A stretch of 64,000 nucleotides of DNA from NCBI GenBank assembly GCA_040954595.2, contig CM082577.2, positions 15,383,903 to 15,447,902 of the forward strand. The letters are read 5' to 3'. Below, one piece after another: positions 23,101-37,052 of this stretch. Both the position numbers and the translations under genes were made by a program. Positions within the stretch are counted from its first letter, which is position 1, and each line of letters begins with the position of its first letter. The notes beneath the pieces are model-generated. The model had not been told where the DNA came from. It searched no databases and worked only from the letters and a program-made list of their open reading frames with translations. Source of the stretch: Balanoglossus misakiensis. Its lineage: Eukaryota; Animalia; Hemichordata.

Positions 23101-26100
23101 ATGCCAGCATTCATTCATGCGAGTGAGTGTAATTGCAAATTTGCCTATTCTAGATCTGTAATGGAAATGGAGAAAGTACCTTATATTTTCTGTAAAATAG
23201 ACATTTAATTGGCAAGCCGTCCTGCATCAATTATTAATTGTGTACATGCACTAAAGCGCCCTCACTGCTGGGTGTGTTGTATGGTCTTTAACCCTGTTTC
23301 AAATTAGAGTACTTTCTGCAATTTCAAGACAGATCTTACGTGCCATTGGAGAGCTCCATTGACTGGTCATTCATACTGTTTTCATTCATTCATTGCGGCA
23401 TCAATATATTTTATCTATTCTAGCCAAAGAGCTTGGCACCTGTTGAAATGAACTCATCTGCTGTGGGCCAGTTTATTGGTGGCAGTTGAGCTGAGGAGAG
23501 CACCTTCCTTCCCGGCACGCCACCAAGTAAAGTTCCACGCCGCCCACCACAGATGCCAGCATTCATTCATGCGAGTGAGTGTAATTGCAAATTTGCCTAT
23601 TCTAGATTCTTACGTGCCATTGGAGAGCTCCATTGACTGGTCATTCATACTGTTTTCATTCATTCATTGCGGCATCAATATATTTTATCTATTCTAGCCA
23701 AAGAGCTTGGCACCTGTTGAAATGAACTCATCTGCTGTGGGCCAGTTTATTGGTGGCAGTTGAGCTGAGGAGAGCACCTTCCTTCCCGGCACGCCACCAA
23801 GTAAAGTTCCACGCCGCCCACCACAGATGCCAGCATTCATTCATGCGAGTGAGTGTAATTGCAAATTTGCCTATTCTAGAATCTTACGTGCCATTGGAGA
23901 GCTCCATTGACTGGTCATTCATACTGTTTTCATTCATTCATTGCGGCATCAATATATTTTATCTATTCTAGCCAAAGAGCTTGGCACCTGTTGAAATGAA
24001 CTCATCTGCTGTGGGCCAGTTTATTGGTGGCAGTTGAGCTGAGGAGAGCACCTTCCTTCCCGGCACGCCACCAAGTAAAGTTCCACGCCGCCCACCACAG
24101 ATGCCAGCATTCATTCATGCGAGTGAGTGTAATTGCAAATTTGCCTATTCTAGATCTGTAATGGAAATGGAGAAAGTACCTTATATTTTCTGTAAAATAG
24201 ACATTTAATTGGCAAGCCGTCCTGCATCAATTATTAATTGTGTACATGCACTAAAGCGCCCTCACTGCTGGGTGTGTTGTATGGTCTTTAACCCTGTTTC
24301 AAATTAGAGTACTTTCTGCAATTTCAAGACAGATCTTACGTGCCATTGGAGAGCTCCATTGACTGGTCATTCATACTGTTTTCATTCATTCATTGCGGCA
24401 TCAATATATTTTATCTATTCTAGCCAAAGAGCTTGGCACCTGTTGAAATGAACTCATCTGCTGTGGGCCAGTTTATTGGTGGCAGTTGAGCTGAGGAGAG
24501 CACCTTCCTTCCCGGCACGCCACCAAGTAAAGTTCCACGCCGCCCACCACAGATGCCAGCATTCATTCATGCGAGTGAGTGTAATTGCAAATTTGCCTAT
24601 TCTAGATCTGTAATGGAAATGGAGAAAGTACCTTATATTTTCTGTAAAATAGACATTTAATTGGCAAGCCGTCCTGCATCAATTATTAATTGTGTACATG
24701 CACTAAAGCGCCCTCACTGCTGGGTGTGTTGTATGGTCTTTAACCCTGTTTCAAATTAGAGTACTTTCTGCAATTTCAAGACAGATCTTACGTGCCATTG
24801 GAGAGCTCCATTGACTGGTCATTCATACTGTTTTCATTCATTCATTGCGGCATCAATATATTTTATCTATTCTAGCCAAAGAGCTTGGCACCTGTTGAAA
24901 TGAACTCATCTGCTGTGGGCCAGTTTATTGGTGGCAGTTGAGCTGAGGAGAGCACCTTCCTTCCCGGCACGCCACCAAGTAAAGTTCCACGCCGCCCACC
25001 ACAGATGCCAGCATTCATTCATGCGAGTGAGTGTAATTGCAAATTTGCCTATTCTAGATCTGTAATGGAAATGGAGAAAGTACCTTATATTTTCTGTAAA
25101 ATAGACATTTAATTGGCAAGCCGTCCTGCATCAATTATTAATTGTGTACATGCACTAAAGCGCCCTCACTGCTGGGTGTGTTGTATGGTCTTTAACCCTG
25201 TTTCAAATTAGAGTACTTTCTGCAATTTCAAGACAGATCTTACGTGCCATTGGAGAGCTCCATTGACTGGTCATTCATACTGTTTTCATTCATTCATTGC
25301 GGCATCAATATATTTTATCTATTCTAGCCAAAGAGCTTGGCACCTGTTGAAATGAACTCATCTGCTGTGGGCCAGTTTATTGGTGGCAGTTGAGCTGAGG
25401 AGAGCACCTTCCTTCCCGGCACGCCACCAAGTAAAGTTCCACGCCGCCCACCACAGATGCCAGCATTCATTCATGCGAGTGAGTGTAATTGCAAATTTGC
25501 CTATTCTAGATCTGTAATGGAAATGGAGAAAGTACCTTATATTTTCTGTAAAATAGACATTTAATTGGCAAGCCGTCCTGCATCAATTATTAATTGTGTA
25601 CATGCACTAAAGCGCCCTCACTGCTGGGTGTGTTGTATGGTCTTTAACCCTGTTTCAAATTAGAGTACTTTCTGCAATTTCAAGACAGATCTTACGTGCC
25701 ATTGGAGAGCTCCATTGACTGGTCATTCATACTGTTTTCATTCATTCATTGCGGCATCAATATATTTTATCTATTCTAGCCAAAGAGCTTGGCACCTGTT
25801 GAAATGAACTCATCTGCTGTGGGCCAGTTTATTGGTGGCAGTTGAGCTGAGGAGAGCACCTTCCTTCCCGGCACGCCACCAAGTAAAGTTCCACGCCGCC
25901 CACCACAGATGCCAGCATTCATTCATGCGAGTGAGTGTAATTGCAAATTTGCCTATTCTAGATCTGTAATGGAAATGGAGAAAGTACCTTATATTTTCTG
26001 TAAAATAGACATTTAATTGGCAAGCCGTCCTGCATCAATTATTAATTGTGTACATGCACTAAAGCGCCCTCACTGCTGGGTGTGTTGTATGGTCTTTAAC

Positions 26101-29100
26101 CCTGTTTCAAATTAGAGTACTTTCTGCAATTTCAAGACAGATCTTACGTGCCATTGGAGAGCTCCATTGACTGGTCATTCATACTGTTTTCATTCATTCA
26201 TTGCGGCATCAATATATTTTATCTATTCTAGCCAAAGAGCTTGGCACCTGTTGAAATGAACTCATCTGCTGTGGGCCAGTTTATTGGTGGCAGTTGAGCT
26301 GAGGAGAGCACCTTCCTTCCCGGCACGCCACCAAGTAAAGTTCCACGCCGCCCACCACAGATGCCAGCATTCATTCATGCGAGTGAGTGTAATTGCAAAT
26401 TTGCCTATTCTAGATCTGTAATGGAAATGGAGAAAGTACCTTATATTTTCTGTAAAATAGACATTTAATTGGCAAGCCGTCCTGCATCAATTATTAATTG
26501 TGTACATGCACTAAAGCGCCCTCACTGCTGGGTGTGTTGTATGGTCTTTAACCCTGTTTCAAATTAGAGTACTTTCTGCAATTTCAAGACAGATCTTACG
26601 TGCCATTGGAGAGCTCCATTGACTGGTCATTCATACTGTTTTCATTCATTCATTGCGGCATCAATATATTTTATCTATTCTAGCCAAAGAGCTTGGCACC
26701 TGTTGAAATGAACTCATCTGCTGTGGGCCAGTTTATTGGTGGCAGTTGAGCTGAGGAGAGCACCTTCTTTCCCGGCACGCCACCAAGTAAAGTTCCACGC
26801 CGCCCACCACAGATGCCAGCATTCATTCATGCGAGTGAGTGTAATTGCAAATTTGCCTATTTACGTGCCATTGGAGAGCTCCATTGACTGGTCATTCATA
26901 CTGTTTTCATTCATTCATTGCGGCATCAATATATTTTATCTATTCTAGCCAAAGAGCTTGGCACCTGTTGAAATGAACTCATCTGCTGTGGGCCAGTTTA
27001 TTGGTGGCAGTTGAGCTGAGGAGAGCACCTTCCTTCCCGGCACGCCACCAAGTAAAGTTCCACGCCGCCCACCACAGATGCCAGCATTCATTCATGCGAG
27101 TGAGTGTAATTGCAAATTTGCCTATTCTAGATCTGTAATGGAAATGGAGAAAGTACCTTATATTTTCTGTAAAATAGACATTTAATTGGCAAGCCGTCCT
27201 GCATCAATTATTAATTGTGTACATGCACTAAAGCGCCCTCACTGCTGGGTGTGTTGTATGGTCTTTAACCCTGTTTCAAATTAGAGTACTTTCTGCAATT
27301 TCAAGACAGATCTTACGTGCCATTGGAGAGCTCCATTGACTGGTCATTCATACTGTTTTCATTCATTCATTGCGGCATCAATATATTTTATCTATTCTAG
27401 CCAAAGAGCTTGGCACCTGTTGAAATGAACTCATCTGCTGTGGGCCAGTTTATTGGTGGCAGTTGAGCTGAGGAGAGCACCTTCCTTCCCGGCACGCCAC
27501 CAAGTAAAGTTCCACGCCGCCCACCACAGATGCCAGCATTCATTCATGCGAGTGAGTGTAATTGCAAATTTGCCTATTCTAGAATTCTTACGTGCCATTG
27601 GAGAGCTCCATTGACTGGTCATTCATACTGTTTTCATTCATTCATTGCGGCATCAATATATTTTATCTATTCTAGCCAAAGAGCTTGGCACCTGTTGAAA
27701 TGAACTCATCTGCTGTGGGCCAGTTTATTGGTGGCAGTTGAGCTGAGGAGAGCACCTTCCTTCCCGGCACGCCACCAAGTAAAGTTCCACGCCGCCCACC
27801 ACAGATGCCAGCATTCATTCATGCGAGTGAGTGTAATTGCAAATTTGCCTATTCTAGATCTGTAATGGAAATGGAGAAAGTACCTTATATTTTCTGTAAA
27901 ATAGACATTTAATTGGCAAGCCGTCCTGCATCAATTATTAATTGTGTACATGCACTAAAGCGCCCTCACTGCTGGGTGTGTTGTATGGTCTTTAACCCTG
28001 TTTCAAATTAGAGTACTTTCTGCAATTTCAAGACAGATCTTACGTGCCATTGGAGAGCTCCATTGACTGGTCATTCATACTGTTTTCATTCATTCATTGC
28101 GGCATCAATATATTTTATCTATTCTAGCCAAAGAGCTTGGCACCTGTTGAAATGAACTCATCTGCTGTGGGCCAGTTTATTGGTGGCAGTTGAGCTGAGG
28201 AGAGCACCTTCTTTCCCGGCACGCCACCAAGTAAAGTTCCACGCCGCCCACCACAGATGCCAGCATTCATTCATGCGAGTGAGTGTAATTGCAAATTTGC
28301 CTATTCTAGAATCTTACGTGCCATTGGAGAGCTCCATTGACTGGTCATTCATACTGTTTTCATTCATTCATTGCGGCATCAATATATTTTATCTATTCTA
28401 GCCAAAGAGCTTGGCACCTGTTGAAATGAACTCATCTGCTGTGGGCCAGTTTATTGGTGGCAGTTGAGCTGAGGAGAGCACCTTCTTTCCCGGCACGCCA
28501 CCAAGTAAAGTTCCACGCCGCCCACCACAGATGCCAGCATTCATTCATGCGAGTGAGTGTAATTGCAAATTTGCCTATTTACGTGCCATTGGAGAGCTCC
28601 ATTGACTGGTCATTCATACTGTTTTCATTCATTCATTGCGGCATCAATATATTTTATCTATTCTAGCCAAAGAGCTTGGCACCTGTTGAAATGAACTCAT
28701 CTGCTGTGGGCCAGTTTATTGGTGGCAGTTGAGCTGAGGAGAGCACCTTCCTTCCCGGCACGCCACCAAGTAAAGTTCCACGCCGCCCACCACAGATGCC
28801 AGCATTCATTCATGCGAGTGAGTGTAATTGCAAATTTGCCTATTCTAGATCTGTAATGGAAATGGAGAAAGTACCTTATATTTTCTGTAAAATAGACATT
28901 TAATTGGCAAGCCGTCCTGCATCAATTATTAATTGTGTACATGCACTAAAGCGCCCTCACTGCTGGGTGTGTTGTATGGTCTTTAACCCTGTTTCAAATT
29001 AGAGTACTTTCTGCAATTTCAAGACAGATCTTACGTGCCATTGGAGAGCTCCATTGACTGGTCATTCATACTGTTTTCATTCATTCATTGCGGCATCAAT

Positions 29101-32100
29101 ATATTTTATCTATTCTAGCCAAAGAGCTTGGCACCTGTTGAAATGAACTCATCTGCTGTGGGCCAGTTTATTGGTGGCAGTTGAGCTGAGGAGAGCACCT
29201 TCTTTCCCGGCACGCCACCAAGTAAAGTTCCACGCCGCCCACCACAGATGCCAGCATTCATTCATGCGAGTGAGTGTAATTGCAAATTTGCCTATTCTAG
29301 AATCTTACGTGCCATTGGAGAGCTCCATTGACTGGTCATTCATACTGTTTTCATTCATTCATTGCGGCATCAATATATTTTATCTATTCTAGCCAAAGAG
29401 CTTGGCACCTGTTGAAATGAACTCATCTGCTGTGGGCCAGTTTATTGGTGGCAGTTGAGCTGAGGAGAGCACCTTCTTTCCCGGCACGCCACCAAGTAAA
29501 GTTCCACGCCGCCCACCACAGATGCCAGCATTCATTCATGCGAGTGAGTGTAATTGCAAATTTGCCTATTCTAGAATCTTACGTGCCATTGGAGAGCTCC
29601 ATTGACTGGTCATTCATACTGTTTTCATTCATTCATTGCGGCATCAATATATTTTATCTATTCTAGCCAAAGAGCTTGGCACCTGTTGAAATGAACTCAT
29701 CTGCTGTGGGCCAGTTTATTGGTGGCAGTTGAGCTGAGGAGAGCACCTTCCTTCCCGGCACGCCACCAAGTAAAGTTCCACGCCGCCCACCACAGATGCC
29801 AGCATTCATTCATGCGAGTGAGTGTAATTGCAAATTTGCCTATTCTAGAATCTTACGTGCCATTGGAGAGCTCCATTGACTGGTCATTCATACTGTTTTC
29901 ATTCATTCATTGCGGCATCAATATATTTTATCTATTCTAGCCAAAGAGCTTGGCACCTGTTGAAATGAACTCATCTGCTGTGGGCCAGTTTATTGGTGGC
30001 AGTTGAGCTGAGGAGAGCACCTTCCTTCCCGGCACGCCACCAAGTAAAGTTCCACGCCGCCCACCACAGATGCCAGCATTCATTCATGCGAGTGAGTGTA
30101 ATTGCAAATTTGCCTATTCTAGAATCTTACGTGCCATTGGAGAGCTCCATTGACTGGTCATTCATACTGTTTTCATTCATTCATTGCGGCATCAATATAT
30201 TTTATCTATTCTAGCCGAAGAGCTTGGCACCTGTTGAAATGAACTCATCTGCTGTGGGCCAGTTTATTGGTGGCAGTTGAGCTGAGGAGAGCACCTTCCT
30301 TCCCGGCACGCCACCAAGTAAAGTTCCACGCCGCCCACCACAGATGCCAGCATTCATTCATGCGAGTGAGTGTAATTGCAAATTTGCCTATTCTAGATCT
30401 GTAATGGAAATGGAGAAAGTACCTTATATTTTCTGTAAAATAGACATTTAATTGGCAAGCCGTCCTGCATCAATTATTAATTGTGTACATGCACTAAAGC
30501 GCCCTCACTGCTGGGTGTGTTGTATGGTCTTTAACCCTGTTTCAAATTAGAGTACTTTCTGCAATTTCAAGACAGATCTTACGTGCCATTGGAGAGCTCC
30601 ATTGACTGGTCATTCATACTGTTTTCATTCATTCATTGCGGCATCAATATATTTTATCTATTCTAGCCAAAGAGCTTGGCACCTGTTGAAATGAACTCAT
30701 CTGCTGTGGGCCAGTTTATTGGTGGCAGTTGAGCTGAGGAGAGCACCTTCCTTCCCGGCACGCCACCAAGTAAAGTTCCACGCCGCCCACCACAGATGCC
30801 AGCATTCATTCATGCGAGTGAGTGTAATTGCAAATTTGCCTATTCTAGATTCTTACGTGCCATTGGAGAGCTCCATTGACTGGTCATTCATACTGTTTTC
30901 ATTCATTCATTGCGGCATCAATATATTTTATCTATTCTAGCCAAAGAGCTTGGCACCTGTTGAAATGAACTCATCTGCTGTGGGCCAGTTTATTGGTGGC
31001 AGTTGAGCTGAGGAGAGCACCTTCCTTCCCGGCACGCCACCAAGTAAAGTTCCACGCCGCCCACCACAGATGCCAGCATTCATTCATGCGAGTGAGTGTA
31101 ATTGCAAATTTGCCTATTCTAGAATCTTACGTGCCATTGGAGAGCTCCATTGACTGGTCATTCATACTGTTTTCATTCATTCATTGCGGCATCAATATAT
31201 TTTATCTATTCTAGCCAAAGAGCTTGGCACCTGTTGAAATGAACTCATCTGCTGTGGGCCAGTTTATTGGTGGCAGTTGAGCTGAGGAGAGCACCTTCCT
31301 TCCCGGCACGCCACCAAGTAAAGTTCCACGCCGCCCACCACAGATGCCAGCATTCATTCATGCGAGTGAGTGTAATTGCAAATTTGCCTATTCTAGATCT
31401 GTAATGGAAATGGAGAAAGTACCTTATATTTTCTGTAAAATAGACATTTAATTGGCAAGCCGTCCTGCATCAATTATTAATTGTGTACATGCACTAAAGC
31501 GCCCTCACTGCTGGGTGTGTTGTATGGTCTTTAACCCTGTTTCAAATTAGAGTACTTTCTGCAATTTCAAGACAGATCTTACGTGCCATTGGAGAGCTCC
31601 ATTGACTGGTCATTCATACTGTTTTCATTCATTCATTGCGGCATCAATATATTTTATCTATTCTAGCCAAAGAGCTTGGCACCTGTTGAAATGAACTCAT
31701 CTGCTGTGGGCCAGTTTATTGGTGGCAGTTGAGCTGAGGAGAGCACCTTCCTTCCCGGCACGCCACCAAGTAAAGTTCCACGCCGCCCACCACAGATGCC
31801 AGCATTCATTCATGCGAGTGAGTGTAATTGCAAATTTGCCTATTCTAGATCTGTAATGGAAATGGAGAAAGTACCTTATATTTTCTGTAAAATAGACATT
31901 TAATTGGCAAGCCGTCCTGCATCAATTATTAATTGTGTACATGCACTAAAGCGCCCTCACTGCTGGGTGTGTTGTATGGTCTTTAACCCTGTTTCAAATT
32001 AGAGTACTTTCTGCAATTTCAAGACAGATCTTACGTGCCATTGGAGAGCTCCATTGACTGGTCATTCATACTGTTTTCATTCATTCATTGCGGCATCAAT

Positions 32101-34759
32101 ATATTTTATCTATTCTAGCCAAAGAGCTTGGCACCTGTTGAAATGAACTCATCTGCTGTGGGCCAGTTTATTGGTGGCAGTTGAGCTGAGGAGAGCACCT
32201 TCCTTCCCGGCACGCCACCAAGTAAAGTTCCACGCCGCCCACCACAGATGCCAGCATTCATTCATGCGAGTGAGTGTAATTGCAAATTTGCCTATTCTAG
32301 ATCTGTAATGGAAATGGAGAAAGTACCTTATATTTTCTGTAAAATAGACATTTAATTGGCAAGCCGTCCTGCATCAATTATTAATTGTGTACATGCACTA
32401 AAGCGCCCTCACTGCTGGGTGTGTTGTATGGTCTTTAACCCTGTTTCAAATTAGAGTACTTTCTGCAATTTCAAGACAGATCTTACGTGCCATTGGAGAG
32501 CTCCATTGACTGGTCATTCATACTGTTTTCATTCATTCATTGCGGCATCAATATATTTTATCTATTCTAGCCAAAGAGCTTGGCACCTGTTGAAATGAAC
32601 TCATCTGCTGTGGGCCAGTTTATTGGTGGCAGTTGAGCTGAGGAGAGCACCTTCCTTCCCGGCACGCCACCAAGTAAAGTTCCACGCCGCCCACCACAGA
32701 TGCCAGCATTCATTCATGCGAGTGAGTGTAATTGCAAATTTGCCTATTCTAGATCTGTAATGGAAATGGAGAAAGTACCTTATATTTTCTGTAAAATAGA
32801 CATTTAATTGGCAAGCCGTCCTGCATCAATTATTAATTGTGTACATGCACTAAAGCGCCCTCACTGCTGGGTGTGTTGTATGGTCTTTAACCCTGTTTCA
32901 AATTAGAGTACTTTCTGCAATTTCAAGACAGATCTTACGTGCCATTGGAGAGCTCCATTGACTGGTCATTCATACTGTTTTCATTCATTCATTGCGGCAT
33001 CAATATATTTTATCTATTCTAGCCAAAGAGCTTGGCACCTGTTGAAATGAACTCATCTGCTGTGGGCCAGTTTATTGGTGGCAGTTGAGCTGAGGAGAGC
33101 ACCTTCCTTCCCGGCACGCCACCAAGTAAAGTTCCACGCCGCCCACCACAGATGCCAGCATTCATTCATGCGAGTGAGTGTAATTGCAAATTTGCCTATT
33201 CTAGATCTGTAATGGAAATGGAGAAAGTACCTTATATTTTCTGTAAAATAGACATTTAATTGGCAAGCCGTCCTGCATCAATTATTAATTGTGTACATGC
33301 ACTAAAGCGCCCTCACTGCTGGGTGTGTTGTATGGTCTTTAACCCTGTTTCAAATTAGAGTACTTTCTGCAATTTCAAGACAGATCTTACGTGCCATTGG
33401 AGAGCTCCATTGACTGGTCATTCATACTGTTTTCATTCATTCATTGCGGCATCAATATATTTTATCTATTCTAGCCAAAGAGCTTGGCACCTGTTGAAAT
33501 GAACTCATCTGCTGTGGGCCAGTTTATTGGTGGCAGTTGAGCTGAGGAGAGCACCTTCCTTCCCGGCACGCCACCAAGTAAAGTTCCACGCCGCCCACCA
33601 CAGATGCCAGCATTCATTCATGCGAGTGAGTGTAATTGCAAATTTGCCTATTCTAGATCTGTAATGGAAATGGAGAAAGTACCTTATATTTTCTGTAAAA
33701 TAGACATTTAATTGGCAAGCCGTCCTGCATCAATTATTAATTGTGTACATGCACTAAAGCGCCCTCACTGCTGGGTGTGTTGTATGGTCTTTAACCCTGT
33801 TTCAAATTAGAGTACTTTCTGCAATTTCAAGACAGATCTTACGTGCCATTGGAGAGCTCCATTGACTGGTCATTCATACTGTTTTCATTCATTCATTGCG
33901 GCATCAATATATTTTATCTATTCTAGCCAAAGAGCTTGGCACCTGTTGAAATGAACTCATCTGCTGTGGGCCAGTTTATTGGTGGCAGTTGAGCTGAGGA
34001 GAGCACCTTCTTTCCCGGCACGCCACCAAGTAAAGTTCCACGCCGCCCACCACAGATGCCAGCATTCATTCATGCGAGTGAGTGTAATTGCAAATTTGCC
34101 TATTTACGTGCCATTGGAGAGCTCCATTGACTGGTCATTCATACTGTTTTCATTCATTCATTGCGGCATCAATATATTTTATCTATTCTAGCCAAAGAGC
34201 TTGGCACCTGTTGAAATGAACTCATCTGCTGTGGGCCAGTTTATTGGTGGCAGTTGAGCTGAGGAGAGCACCTTCCTTCCCGGCACGCCACCAAGTAAAG
34301 TTCCACGCCGCCCACCACAGATGCCAGCATTCATTCATGCGAGTGAGTGTAATTGCAAATTTGCCTATTCTAGATCTGTAATGGAAATGGAGAAAGTACC
34401 TTATATTTTCTGTAAAATAGACATTTAATTGGCAAGCCGTCCTGCATCAATTATTAATTGTGTACATGCACTAAAGCGCCCTCACTGCTGGGTGTGTTGT
34501 ATGGTCTTTAACCCTGTTTCAAATTAGAGTACTTTCTGCAATTTCAAGACAGATCTTACGTGCCATTGGAGAGCTCCATTGACTGGTCATTCATACTGTT
34601 TTCATTCATTCATTGCGGCATCAATATATTTTATCTATTCTAGCCAAAGAGCTTGGCACCTGTTGAAATGAACTCATCTGCTGTGGGCCAGTTTATTGGT
34701 GGCAGTTGAGCTGAGGAGAGCACCTTCCTTCCCGGCACGCCACCAAGTAAAGTTCCACG
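11122..34759 (+). repeat. Satellite array 2 with higher-order repeats of 6526 bp (18 monomers) and 7243 bp (20 monomers)
   Basis: Monomer types are L=452, S=274 (aat), D=274 (att), E=275 (aatt), X=265. Order from 14411 is S X L S S S S L D S L6 E L. From 20937 it is S X L S S S S L D S L6 X L E L. A third unit from 28180 is cut by cassette copy 2. Confidence 0.95.
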
Positions 34760-36549
34760 TGCATTCCTGGCCCTGGTTTTATTTATGTTTACAGACAATA
34801 TTGCATTTTTGTACAAGTATTTTAATCAACTATAAATTTTGAATGTGTCATTTACCTGAACCGGTCATGTTGACCAGAATGATACATTTCTGCCTTCACT
34901 CACCCTATAAATATGTGATTGAGACATAGGTCATTTGCATAAGCTAACATACCAGAAAGTAAGCATATCTGTTGTTTTCCCTGTGTCACTGCCATCAAAG
35001 TAAAAATTAGACGTTGTGTAGAGCAAACTCCAATTTTTTGTTCTCAATAAACATGGATGAATTACATAGAATGTGTTTGTTGTTTACAGTCTTTAAATGA
35101 CACATTAGATTATGCACTTTACAAAACGTTTCTGAGAAACAAGTGACTAACTAGTTTCTTTCCACTGTGGCCAACGTGGTTCACTGTTTGTGTCAGAATC
35201 TCTCTGTTTTGCAAGGATTTTGAAATCATAGTGGTGACATGCATAGTGAAAATCAGCTACTTTCAAATGTCCGTCATGTTCATGCTGTAATTGAATTTTC
35301 AAAGCTGGGCTGGCGTGTTTTTTCTTATTTACATAAGTATCACACTTTATACATGTATCTTCATGGGGTTTTTTGAGTCCCGTATTTAGGTCCTCTCTCA
35401 CAATTTTACGAAATATCGTATAACTGACAGTTGTTCTTCCCAGAAGAGATTGGTTGGTTATGAACTCTCGGTGTAACTGCGATATACTGTGGGCCGGCGC
35501 CAGGTACGGTTTAAATCGAGGATTCCTGCAGTAGTGAGATTCTACAATTCTGTGCCTGCGTACGTGTTCAGTGATATCAGTCAGCAAATTTGGATTGAGT
35601 TTCCGACGATGCCCTTTGTGTCGGCCCCTTGCATCTGGCATCAGACCAGTAAAGTTCCATGTGCATTCCTGGCCCTGGTTTTATTTATGTTTACAGACAA
35701 TATTGCATTTTTGTACAAGTATTTTAATCAACTATAAATTTTGAATGTGTCATTTACCTGAACCGGTCATGTTGACCAGAATGATACATTTCTGCCTTCA
35801 CTCACCCTATAAATATGTGATTGAGACATAGGTCATTTGCATAAGCTAACATACCAGAAAGTAAGCATATCTGATGTTTTCCCTGTGTCACTGCCATCAA
35901 AGTAAAAATTAGACGTTGTGTAGAGCAAACTCCAATTTTTTGTTCTCAATAAACATGGATGAATTACATAGAATGTGTTTGTTGTTTACAGTCTTTAAAT
36001 GACACATTAGATTATGCACTTTACAAAACGTTTCTGAGAAACAAGTGACTAACTAGTTTCTTTCCACTGTGGCCAACGTGGTTCACTGTTTGTGTCAGAA
36101 TCTCTCTGTTTTGCAAGGATTTTGAAATCATAGTGGTGACATGCATAGTGAAAATCAGCTACTTTCAAATGTCCGTCATGTTCATGCTGTAATTGAATTT
36201 TCAAAGCTGGGCTGGCGTGTTTTTTCTTATTTACATAAGTATCACACTTTATACATGTATCTTCATGGGGTTTTCTGAGTCCCGTATTTAGGTCCTCTCT
36301 CACAATTTTACGAAATATCGTATAACTGACAGTTGTTCTTCCCAGAAGAGATTGGTTGGTTATGAACTCTCGGTGTAACTGCGATATACTGTGGTCCGGT
36401 GCCAGGTACGGTTTAAATCGAGGATTCCTGCAGTAGTGAGATTCTACAATTCTGTGCCTGCGTACGTGTTCAGTGATATCAGTCAGCAAATTTGGATTGA
36501 GTTTCCGACGATGCCCTTTGTGTCGGCCCCTTGCATCTGGCATCAGACC
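34746..36549. repeat. 902-bp tandem duplication, copy 2
   Basis: Same as 2951-4754, offset 31,795. Confidence 0.95.
35147..35641 (-). pseudogene. 5'-truncated duplicate of the transposase N-half gene, copy 2
   Basis: 164 aa with two substitutions (APAH, LKKP) relative to copy 1. Confidence 0.85.
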
Positions 36550-37011
36550 AGTTGAACAGTGCATCATTTTGCTTAGAACGGTTCTAGTCCGCCTCTCACT
36601 AATGCCAAATAATTTCAGGAATGCATTTTTGCAGACAGTAACCGTTTCACCGCCTTCATTCACCAGGTGATAACGAACCGATTTCTTGTGTGACTTCATC
36701 TGCATATCCATCAGTTTGTAGAGCATCAAGTTCTGTTCATTATACACGCGACCATCAAAATATTTTCTCGTGGTGCCTAAAACATGCGTACTCCCAAGCT
36801 TCCGCATACAATTCCCTTGAACGCAGGCGCATTCCAAGGAAAGACTGTCAATATCTGGAAAAGGGCGATTTTTCCTTGGTTTTTGTCTCGGACACGTCTT
36901 TTTAGAATTCCTACGTGGCTTGTTGGCTCGAGCTGACAGTTCGGTTCTGCGTTGCTGCCACACAGGAATGGGTTCCCACGCATAAGCAACTCCCCGGCAG
37001 GCCATGGTCAC
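36049..37011 (-). CDS. Sola1-like transposase N-terminal half, copy 2 (320 aa)
   Basis: Intact. Three conservative changes relative to copy 1 (L>I, L>M, I>M). Confidence 0.8.
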   Translation of the reverse strand: MTMACRGVAYAWEPIPVWQQRRTELSARANKPRRNSKKTCPRQKPRKNRPFPDIDSLSLECACVQGNCMRKLGSTHVLGTTRKYFDGRVYNEQNLMLYKLMDMQMKSHKKSVRYHLVNEGGETVTVCKNAFLKLFGISERRTRTVLSKMMHCSTGLMPDARGRHKGHRRKLNPNLLTDITEHVRRHRIVESHYCRNPRFKPYLAPDHSISQLHREFITNQSLLGRTTVSYTIFRKIVREDLNTGLRKPHEDTCIKCDTYVNKKKHASPALKIQLQHEHDGHLKVADFHYACHHYDFKILAKQRDSDTNSEPRWPQWKETS

Positions 37012-37052
37012 AGCTGAAGTATTTGTTCAAGTACTGACTGACTAAACGCGGC

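Noticed and set aside
11122-34759. CRISPR-like array (constant repeat with variable insert)
   Set aside because: The insert is always the same 177 bp or absent. There are no unique spacers or cas genes, and the context is eukaryotic.
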